Assembly: GCA_028343615.1 (NCBI GenBank)
Contig: JAOLZA010000004.1
Location: forward strand, 8,697 to 72,696
Direction: 5' to 3'
Source: Verrucomicrobiota bacterium
GTDB taxonomy: Bacteria > Verrucomicrobiota > Verrucomicrobiia > Limisphaerales > UBA1100
Length of the DNA stretch: 64,000 nt
Shown here: positions 57,090-64,000 of the stretch, in pieces
Position numbering within the stretch: the first letter of the stretch is position 1
Layout: every line of letters begins with the position of its first letter
Notes under the pieces: generated by a model
What the model was told of the DNA's origin: nothing
Databases searched by the model: none
Seen by the model: only the letters and a program-made list of their open reading frames with translations
Made by a program: the position numbers and the translations under genes

Positions 57090-57797
57090 ATGAAAAAAAT
57101 TATCATTACCTTTTTGACCGCGACCCTTGCGCTAACAACCTTAGCGGACGAGAAGGGCCTTAAGTCTATTTTCGACGGGAAAACCCTCAAGGGCTGGAAC
57201 GGAGACCCAAAATTCTGGAGCGTGAAAGATGGTGCTATTACCGGCCAGACCACCAAGGGAAACCCCACCAAGGGCAATACCTTTATTATTTGGGAAGCGG
57301 GCAAACTAAAGAATTTCGTGCTCGAGTTGGACTTCAAGATCGTAGGCGGCAATAGTGGCATCCAGTACCGCAGTTTCAAGAAGCCGGGCAACAATGATGG
57401 TTGGCGCATCGGAGGCTATCAGGCCGATTTCGCTGCCGGCGCCGGTGGCGACCGCTACTCAGGCATCTGTTACGGCGAAGGGTTTCGCGGTATCTTGTCC
57501 CTTAGAGGTGACCAAACGACTCTCACTAAAGAGGGCGGCAAGCTTAAGAAGACGATCAAGAAAATCGGAGATGCTGCCGCACTCGGCAAACTGGTGAAGA
57601 AGGAGGACTGGAACACCTTCCGCATCGAGGCCAAGGATTTTCACCTTACCCACTACATTAATGGCGAGAAAATGACTGTGCTCATCGATAACGACGAGAA
57701 AGTTCGCCGTGCCGAGGGTCTTTTAGCACTGCAGTTGCACCAAGGCCCACCGATGACCGTGCAGTTTCGCAATATCCGCGTGAAGAACCTTAAATAA
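57090..57797 (+). CDS. Secreted DUF1080 (3-keto-disaccharide hydrolase family) protein
   Basis: Signal peptide, then SIFDGKTLKGWNGDPKFWSVKDGAITG, NSGIQYRS, and GLLALQLHQGPPMTVQFRNIRVK, the typical DUF1080 signature. Confidence 0.85.
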   Translation: MKKIIITFLTATLALTTLADEKGLKSIFDGKTLKGWNGDPKFWSVKDGAITGQTTKGNPTKGNTFIIWEAGKLKNFVLELDFKIVGGNSGIQYRSFKKPGNNDGWRIGGYQADFAAGAGGDRYSGICYGEGFRGILSLRGDQTTLTKEGGKLKKTIKKIGDAAALGKLVKKEDWNTFRIEAKDFHLTHYINGEKMTVLIDNDEKVRRAEGLLALQLHQGPPMTVQFRNIRVKNLK

Positions 57798-57839
57798 TTT
57801 TGTAAGGGCGACAAAAAAATAATTTAGAAAGACAACACG

Positions 57840-60800
57840 ATGAAAAAGATTCTGACACTCGGCTTAATCCTTGGGCTATCGATTGGCGTGATGGCCAAAC
57901 CCAAAAAAGTTGTAATGATTGCCGGTGGCCCAAGTCACGGTGTGTTATCACACGAACATAACGCGGGGATTCAGCTTCTCGCCAAGTGCCTCAAGCAAGG
58001 TGCGAGCGAATTGGTGACTCCGATCGTTGTGCTTAACGGTTGGCCCAAAGATGCCAGCGTTTTTGACGGTGCTGATGAGGTGGTGATTTATAGTGATGGA
58101 GGCGGCAGGCATCCTGCCTTGGGTGGTAAAAACCTCGAGGCCCTTGGCAAGTTAATGGACAAGGGCGTCGGTTTCCTCACCATTCACTATGCCGTGGAGC
58201 CCACCACCAACAAGGGGAATAAGGAATTCATCGCGTGGCAGGGCGGCTGTTTCGAAACACACTGGTCAGTGAACCCGCACTGGACTGCCAATTTCACGAA
58301 GTTTCCAAAGCATCCAATTACACAAGGAGTTAAGCCCTTCAAGGCGAATGATGAGTGGTATTTTCATATGCGCTTTGCGCCGGGGATGAAGGGCGTGACG
58401 CCGATTCTTTCCGACGTGGCCCCCAAGGAAACCATGAAGCGCGGTGACGGTGCTCACAGCGGCAACCCGGCTGTTCGAAAGAGCGTGGCGGCAGGTAACC
58501 CCCAGCATGTGGCCTGGGCGTTTGAGCGACCCAATGGCGGCCGAGGGTTTGGCTTCACCGGCGGACACAATCACCTCAATTGGGCCAACGACGATTTCCG
58601 CAAGACCGTTCTCAACGCCATCGTGTGGGTCGCCAAGGCGGAGGTGCCGAACGGTGGGGTGCCAAGCAAGTTGGTAGAAAAAGATTTATATGAAAACCTA
58701 GATAACAAGGGTCGTAAACCTAAGCCAAAGAGTAATCCCGGCCCCAAGCCTTCCGGCAAGGTGACCGGTCCCAAGGCAGCAGCGGAATCGAAGTTGATCA
58801 CCAAAAAAACTGGACCGGCTAAACTCGAGGCAAATATCAAGGGGGCGAAGGAGTTGCATTTGGTGGTGACTGATGGGGGGAATGGCTTTGCCTGTGATTG
58901 GGCCGATTGGGTCCACCCCACGCTCATCGATGAGGCGGGTATGCCGACAAAATTAACATCTTTAAAATGGAAGAGTGCCTCCAGCGGTTTTGGCTCCGTT
59001 CAATTGAATAAAAATTGCGACGGTAAGCCGTTGCGCGTTGGAGGTAAGTCTGTGGAATTCGGGCTCGGCACGCATGCCAATTCGATTGTCAGTTATACGC
59101 TTCCTAAAGGTCATAAGTTTGTGAAGTTTGTTTCCACCGTGGGTCTCGACAATGGCGGTACAGATCAAGGTGCCTGTGGCAATGTGTCCAGCGTGAAGTT
59201 TCATGTGTTCACTCAGCGGCCTAAGTTCGTCAAGGTGGCTTCAGGCGGAGGCCAATCGATTGGAAGGAAGCCGGAAGAGGCAATAGAGAACCTTGATGTA
59301 CATGAGGCATTGCAGGCGGAGGTGTTTGCTGCCGAGCCGATGATGCTCAGCCCATCAAATATCGACATCGATCATCGCGGACGTGTGTGGGTTTGCGAGG
59401 TGATCAACTATCGCCGACACAATGGTAAACGCCCGAAGGGCGACTGCATTCTTATTCTTGAGGACACCAATGGGGATGGCAAAGCGGACTCGAAAAAGGT
59501 TTTTTATCAGGGCCGCGATATTGATTCAGCCCATGGTGTGTGTGTGCTCAGTACGCCGGATGGTAAAAACACGCGTGTCATTGTCAGCGCGCTGGACAAA
59601 GTTCAAGTGTTTACTGACGTGGATGGCGATGACAAGGCCGACAAAAAAGAGACACTTTTTTCGGGCATTAGCGGTTCACAGCATGACCATGGCATTCACC
59701 AGTTCATGTTCGGTCCGGATGGTAGGTTATATTTCAATTTTGGTAACAGCGGGAAACAGCTAAAGGATAAGGGTGGTAAACCGATTGTGGATCGTGTCGG
59801 TAATGAGGTAAATGACCGCCGCCAACCTTACCAGCAGGGGATGGTCTTCCGTTGTTATCTTGATGGCAGTGAGTTGGAGACGTTGGGCTGGAATTTTCGA
59901 AATAACTGGATGGTTGCTGTCGATAGCTTTGGCACGATTTGGCAGAGCGACAACGATGATGATGGCAACCGAGGTGTGCGAATTAATTTTGTGATGGAGT
60001 ATGGTAACTACGGTTACCGGGATGAGCTTACTGGTGCCGGCTGGCGTTCCAAACGCACCAATATGGAAAAAACTGTGCCCGAACGCCATTGGCATCTTAA
60101 TGATCCAGGGGTGATACCCAACCTGCTTCTGACCGGTGCTGGCTCACCTACGGGCATATGTGTCTATGAAGGCGATCTTCTCCCTAAGGTTTTTCAGGGC
60201 CAAATGATTCACTGTGATGCCGGTCCCAGCATCGTTCGTTCCTATCCTGTAAAGCAAAGTGGTGCGGGCTACACTGCTGAAATCGTAAACATCCTTGATG
60301 GCGCGAAACGTGATAAGTGGTTCCGCCCATCCGATGTCAAGGTTGCGCCTGATGGATCTTTAATCGTTGCTGACTGGTACGATCCTGGAGTGGGTGGTCA
60401 CAATATGCAGGATTTGGATCGTGGTCGTTTGTTCCGTATTACTCCTAAAGGACATAAGGGTTATAAACTTCCTAAGATCGATTTCAAAACCACTGAAGGC
60501 CTGATTGCCGCTCTGCAAAATCCGAATAACTCAGTCAGGAACGTTGCGTGGATGGAATTGCACAAACAGCAGAATGAGTCGAAACCGGCTCTATTAAAAT
60601 TAGCAGCAGATAAGAATCCTCGAATGCGAGCTCGCTCTCTCTGGTTGCTTTCCCAGATTAAGGGAAATCAGCAGTCGACGGTGTTGCTTGCTGCCAAGGA
60701 CAAGGATGAAAATATCCGTGGGATGGCTTTACGTATTGCCCGTCAGCACAAGCTGGATGTTATTCCGCTTATTCGTGAAATGTCCGGTGACGGGAGTGCG

Positions 60801-61172
60801 TTGGTTCGCCGCGAATGCCTCATCGCATTGCGGCACCATCCGAGTGACGAGGCTCCACATCTTTGGGCTAAGCTTGCCAGTGCGCACGATGGTAAGGACC
60901 GGTGGTATCTTGAAGCCCTTGGCCTTGCCGCTGATAAGCAGGAGAACAAGTTCTTCGACAATTGGGTGGCAGGTGCCAAGCTCAATACTGCTGCTGCTCG
61001 CGACATCATCTGGCGTAACCGTGGAACTCATGGAGCAAAGCATATTGCCGATATCGTTCTTGATAAGAAAACCACCAAAGAAGAAAAACCGCGCTACCTG
61101 CGAGCGCTGGACTTCATTCCCAAGAGCAAAGAGAAGGATGATGCGCTCGCCCGCATTGCGCTGGGTTTGTAG
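57840..61172 (+). CDS. Secreted multidomain protein: ThuA-like + NPCBM-like + 'membrane-bound dehydrogenase' beta-propeller domain + HEAT repeats
   Basis: Signal peptide. ThuA-like KKVVMIAGGPSHG...VIYSDGGGRHP. NPCBM-like LHLVVTDGGNGFACDWADWVHP...GLGTHANS. Propeller FAAEPMMLSPSNIDIDHRGRVWVCEV...LEDTNGDGKADS. HEAT-like NPNNSVRNVAWMEL, DKNPRMRARSLWLL, DENIRGMALRIA. Confidence 0.75.
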   Translation: MKKILTLGLILGLSIGVMAKPKKVVMIAGGPSHGVLSHEHNAGIQLLAKCLKQGASELVTPIVVLNGWPKDASVFDGADEVVIYSDGGGRHPALGGKNLEALGKLMDKGVGFLTIHYAVEPTTNKGNKEFIAWQGGCFETHWSVNPHWTANFTKFPKHPITQGVKPFKANDEWYFHMRFAPGMKGVTPILSDVAPKETMKRGDGAHSGNPAVRKSVAAGNPQHVAWAFERPNGGRGFGFTGGHNHLNWANDDFRKTVLNAIVWVAKAEVPNGGVPSKLVEKDLYENLDNKGRKPKPKSNPGPKPSGKVTGPKAAAESKLITKKTGPAKLEANIKGAKELHLVVTDGGNGFACDWADWVHPTLIDEAGMPTKLTSLKWKSASSGFGSVQLNKNCDGKPLRVGGKSVEFGLGTHANSIVSYTLPKGHKFVKFVSTVGLDNGGTDQGACGNVSSVKFHVFTQRPKFVKVASGGGQSIGRKPEEAIENLDVHEALQAEVFAAEPMMLSPSNIDIDHRGRVWVCEVINYRRHNGKRPKGDCILILEDTNGDGKADSKKVFYQGRDIDSAHGVCVLSTPDGKNTRVIVSALDKVQVFTDVDGDDKADKKETLFSGISGSQHDHGIHQFMFGPDGRLYFNFGNSGKQLKDKGGKPIVDRVGNEVNDRRQPYQQGMVFRCYLDGSELETLGWNFRNNWMVAVDSFGTIWQSDNDDDGNRGVRINFVMEYGNYGYRDELTGAGWRSKRTNMEKTVPERHWHLNDPGVIPNLLLTGAGSPTGICVYEGDLLPKVFQGQMIHCDAGPSIVRSYPVKQSGAGYTAEIVNILDGAKRDKWFRPSDVKVAPDGSLIVADWYDPGVGGHNMQDLDRGRLFRITPKGHKGYKLPKIDFKTTEGLIAALQNPNNSVRNVAWMELHKQQNESKPALLKLAADKNPRMRARSLWLLSQIKGNQQSTVLLAAKDKDENIRGMALRIARQHKLDVIPLIREMSGDGSALVRRECLIALRHHPSDEAPHLWAKLASAHDGKDRWYLEALGLAADKQENKFFDNWVAGAKLNTAAARDIIWRNRGTHGAKHIADIVLDKKTTKEEKPRYLRALDFIPKSKEKDDALARIALGL

Positions 61173-61263
61173 CGCATTTTCAGACACGCATTTCACGGAT
61201 AACTACGGATTGGGGTTCTAATCTGTGTCTTTCATTTTTAACACGCCCCGTTAGAATGTCCGC

Positions 61264-62370
61264 GTGAAACTGTTCATCGCCATTTTGTTTTTGGCCGGTA
61301 ATCTATCCGCTGCAAATCCTTTGCCGCCGGAGCAGGTGAATACGTTGATTGGGGCGTTGGGCCGGTTGGATCCGGCTTTGGTTAATTCCAATCCCGCGCT
61401 CAAGGAGCGATTGGGGCAAGTCCTCGATGCGGTGCGGGGTGAGGCGCGCTCGGTGGCGTTGATTAAAAAATTTCAAGTGGAAGGCCGCGAGTTGGATTTG
61501 CTGGCGGTGGCAGTGAAGCATCCCAATGACCCCGCCGGTGTGGAGGCAATGGGAATGGTGTTGGCGGGTGATGGGAAAAAAGTGGTAATTGACTTGCTCA
61601 TCGGCAAAGATGCCCAACAAGCCACAGCCGTGGCCAAGGCGTTGGGGAACAGCAACAACCCCAGCGTCATCCCGATGCTCGCGCCGTTGGTGGTCGACGC
61701 CACGCTGCACGCCAATGTGCGCAAGGAGGCGGTGAAGGGTTTGGCGAATTATGAGGCGGGGGCGAAGCATTTGTTGAGCTTGGCGAAGGATGGGAAGTTG
61801 CCGCAGAACGTGAAGTTCACCGCGAGTCTTGCGTTGAGCACGGTGCGTTGGCCGCCGATTAAGGCTGAGGCGGCGAAGGTGTTGCCATCGCCTTTCGGTG
61901 CGAATGCGAAACCGTTACCGCCGGTCGCGGACTTGGCGAAACACAAAGGCGATATCGCCAAGGGCGCAAAAATTTATATGCGCGAAGCGGTGCAATGCGC
62001 GCGTTGTCACAAAGTGGGCGATGCAGGTATCGAAGTGGGGCCGGCGCTGACGGAGATTGGCGATAAGTTGCCGAAAGAGGAATTGTACGCGGCAATCCTC
62101 GATCCGAGCGCGGGAATTTCTTTTGGCTACGAGGCGTGGTTGGTGACTATGAAAGATGGTAATGCTGCCTTCGGCATTATCGAAAGCGAAACGGACGATG
62201 AAATTTCTGTGAAAGGTCCCACAGGCGCGGTGACAAAACACGCGAAGGCGAACATCAAAAGCCGCGCGCAACAGCCAGTTTCATTGATGCCACCGGGATT
62301 GCACCTGACGATGAAGGAGGCGGAGTTGGTGGATTTGGTTGAGTATCTTTCTTCGTTAAAGAAGAAGTAG
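61264..62370 (+). CDS. Secreted HEAT-repeat protein with a C-terminal mono-heme cytochrome c domain (Pirellula/Verrucomicrobium-type heme-binding domain)
   Basis: GTG start and signal peptide MKLFIAILFLAGNLSAA. Heme motif CARCHKVGDAG, with distal MPPG providing a candidate Met ligand. Confidence 0.8.
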   Translation: MKLFIAILFLAGNLSAANPLPPEQVNTLIGALGRLDPALVNSNPALKERLGQVLDAVRGEARSVALIKKFQVEGRELDLLAVAVKHPNDPAGVEAMGMVLAGDGKKVVIDLLIGKDAQQATAVAKALGNSNNPSVIPMLAPLVVDATLHANVRKEAVKGLANYEAGAKHLLSLAKDGKLPQNVKFTASLALSTVRWPPIKAEAAKVLPSPFGANAKPLPPVADLAKHKGDIAKGAKIYMREAVQCARCHKVGDAGIEVGPALTEIGDKLPKEELYAAILDPSAGISFGYEAWLVTMKDGNAAFGIIESETDDEISVKGPTGAVTKHAKANIKSRAQQPVSLMPPGLHLTMKEAELVDLVEYLSSLKKK

Positions 62371-62371
62371 C

Positions 62372-62710
62372 TCAGCCTGGGGGCCAGGTCATAGCGCGGC
62401 CGCCCAAAATATGAAGGTGTAAATGGGGGACGCTTTCGCCGGCGTCTTTTCCGTTGTTGATGGCAAGGCGAAATCCGTTTTTTTGCAGGCCAAGGTCGCC
62501 CGCAATATCTTTGGCCTTCAAGAGCAGATGGCCGAGCACCTGATGATCATCCGGTTCAGCCTCGGCGATACGGGGGATAGGTTTTTTTGGAATCACCAAC
62601 ACGTGCACGGGGGCTTGCGGGTTGATGTCGTTAAAGGCGAGGACGAGCTCGTCTTCGTAGACAATGTCGGCGGGGATTTCGCGGGCGATGATTTTCTCAA
62701 AGAGAGTCAT
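62372..62710 (-). CDS. HIT-family (histidine triad, HinT-like) nucleotide hydrolase
   Basis: The start is set at MTLFEKIIAREIPADIVYED. Histidine triad VPHLHLHILGG. Confidence 0.85.
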   Translation of the reverse strand: MTLFEKIIAREIPADIVYEDELVLAFNDINPQAPVHVLVIPKKPIPRIAEAEPDDHQVLGHLLLKAKDIAGDLGLQKNGFRLAINNGKDAGESVPHLHLHILGGRAMTWPPG

Positions 62711-63270
62711 CACACAATCATCAGCGTGAGCTTGGCTTTTTGCTGATGCTTGGAAACGATGTGGCGGAGATAATCGACAATTTGATCGTTCAGCTTCTGG
62801 CAGCGTGGGCTCCACTGTTTGGTACCGGTAAGTTTTTTGACCGCTTCGCGTAAACCCTTAACGCGGAGCAGCTCAGGCTTGCCGTGGAGGTCGGCGTGGA
62901 TTTGGTCGCGCAGTGTGCAGAAGAAAACCATCTCCAATCCTTCGCCGGCTTGATGGGCCAGGTCGTGCAAATTAGTTTCGGCGGCGTCCTCATCACAATC
63001 ATCCTCATCGTCGGCGGCCATCACTTTGAAACCAAAACCGCGCAGGATGCACTCGAGTGCGAGAGTAAATTCACCGACGGAAATAGAGTTGCGGTTGAGA
63101 TCTGTTTTGAAATGATACAGTACCGCCTCGGCGGCTTCGGTGACGAGCATCGGCTCCAACTCGTGCGCGGCATCGCCGAGTAGTTCGACGGTGACGTCCT
63201 GTGCTGAGCATGGGATGGCTTCGCCATCGGAGGTTTCAAAAACCAGGCAGTCGGTATGTAGCTGAATCAT
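62710..63270 (-). CDS. Hypothetical acidic protein
   Basis: 186-aa ORF between nrdR and the HIT gene with an acidic patch DDEDDCDEDAAE. No recognisable motif. The start overlaps the nrdR 3' end by 35 nt, so the true start is uncertain. Confidence 0.45.
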   Translation of the reverse strand: MIQLHTDCLVFETSDGEAIPCSAQDVTVELLGDAAHELEPMLVTEAAEAVLYHFKTDLNRNSISVGEFTLALECILRGFGFKVMAADDEDDCDEDAAETNLHDLAHQAGEGLEMVFFCTLRDQIHADLHGKPELLRVKGLREAVKKLTGTKQWSPRCQKLNDQIVDYLRHIVSKHQQKAKLTLMIV

Positions 63271-63721
63271 GCTTTGTTTCGAGTTTCTTCACAGCTTGGA
63301 TGAAGTCATCAGCTTCCTCAAAGCGTCGGTACACGCTCGCATATCGCACATAGGCCACTTGGTCGATTTCACGGAGGCCGTTCATCACCGCCTCGCCAAT
63401 CGCCATACCGGGGACCTCTTCGGAGTATTCTTCTGATATCGAATCATAAATACCCTGTGTGAGGTCCTCAATGACCTGTTGACTAATGGGGCGTTTTTGG
63501 CAGGCCTTAGAAATGCCCGAGAGCAGTTTGTCCCGCGCAAATTCTTCACGACGCCCATCCCTTTTCACCACCATGAGTCGTTGGTGCTCAATCTGCTCGT
63601 AGGTGGTGAACCGATGGGTGCACTGGGCACACTCGCGCCGGCGGCGAATAATTGCCCCCTCCTTGGACGAGCGCGAATCAATCACCTTGTCCTCAATACA
63701 TTCGCACTTCGGACAGCGCAT
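63236..63721 (-). CDS. nrdR: Transcriptional repressor NrdR (zinc ribbon plus ATP-cone)
   Basis: MRCPKCECIEDKVIDSRSSKEGAIIRRRRECAQCTHRFTTYE (CxxC...CxxC ribbon) followed by an ATP-cone (VVKRDGRREEFARDKL). Confidence 0.9.
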   Translation of the reverse strand: MRCPKCECIEDKVIDSRSSKEGAIIRRRRECAQCTHRFTTYEQIEHQRLMVVKRDGRREEFARDKLLSGISKACQKRPISQQVIEDLTQGIYDSISEEYSEEVPGMAIGEAVMNGLREIDQVAYVRYASVYRRFEEADDFIQAVKKLETKHDSATYRLPGF

Positions 63722-63752
63722 CAGTCAAATATCCAAACCTCCTTGGCAGAAA

Positions 63753-63802
63753 GGCCACATATAGTGGCCACCGAAGAACTACCACACAGCAGCTTGTGCG
63801 GT
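63753..63802. promoter_or_regulatory. Two palindromes upstream of nrdR (possible operator sites)
   Basis: ggccac-atata-gtggcc (63753-63769), and accacacagcagcttgtgcggt (63781-63802) with ACACA...TTGTG arms. The centres are about 30 bp apart. Confidence 0.3.
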
Positions 63803-64000
63803 CAAGCCTTCAACCGTTGTCTCTTATTAACAGTGGGTTGATTTGTCCGCACTTTTTCATAGTTTGCTCTGGTGAGGTTCGCATCGGAATCAGAATCACA
63901 AGTTTGGATAGCAAGATACCGATTCTATTTAGTCTCAGTATATCAGTACTAAAACGCACTGGCAGTTTGATCGTTACAAACTCTGACCAACTCATGACCA

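Noticed and set aside
63753-63769. The first palindrome upstream of nrdR, considered as a bona fide NrdR box.
   Set aside because: Its CAC/GTG arms are separated by only 5 nt rather than the roughly 8 nt I recall for the 16-bp NrdR consensus. I keep it only as an unassigned inverted repeat.
63810-63995. A 61-aa minus-strand ORF at the right window edge.
   Set aside because: It is short, has no motif and sits in an AT-rich promoter-like region upstream of nrdR. It is probably non-coding.
1-64000. A search for rRNA, tRNA, CRISPR arrays and toxin-antitoxin or phage-defence genes.
   Set aside because: The intergenic regions are short or lack tRNA-like T-arm motifs. There are no spaced identical repeats and no recognisable defence-system domains. 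None is reported.

Overview
This 64 kb window is a dense chromosomal segment from a moderately high-GC Gram-negative bacterium. Hallmark families point to the PVC superphylum (Verrucomicrobiota or Planctomycetota): a prepilin-type GFTLIELLVVIAIIGILASMLLP protein, DUF1080, a ThuA/NPCBM/'membrane-bound dehydrogenase'/HEAT giant, and a Pirellula/Verrucomicrobium-type CxxCH protein. I found no rRNA, tRNA, CRISPR array, transposase or integrase. The content falls into seven blocks. (1) nt 1-3.9 kb: an amino-sugar start module (WecA-like GT4, CapD/PglF-like dehydratase, DegT aminotransferase). (2) 3.9-7.7 kb: a 1252-aa secreted protein with repeated IPT/TIG-like domains. (3) 7.9-14.2 kb: an unusual five-gene minus-strand operon (secreted MBL-fold protein, 586-aa membrane protein, ABC ATPase, short FtsX-like permease with a His-rich loop, ZnuA-like lipoprotein). 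(4) 14.3-37.1 kb: an LPS core/O-antigen-type supercluster (WaaL-like ligase, GT2/GT4/GT9 enzymes, GalE, KpsF, KdsB, MsbA, four methyltransferases). It is interrupted by a visibly AT-rich sulfation island holding a membrane sulfotransferase candidate, CysC, a pyruvate-kinase-like::ATP-sulfurylase fusion and a TauE/TSUP permease. (5) 37.1-38.0 kb: a minimal Ser/Thr kinase with degenerate motifs. (6) 38.3-54.5 kb: a ten-gene co-directional MacB/Lol-type efflux supercluster (2 TolC, 3 adaptors, 4 permeases, 1 ATPase). All three adaptors carry a LysM-like insertion, and two carry LTxxQ tails. (7) 54.7-63.7 kb: a pseudopilin-like gene, a predicted periplasmic sugar-oxidation module, and HIT and NrdR genes. 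All functional calls rest on motif recognition by eye. No database search was run.
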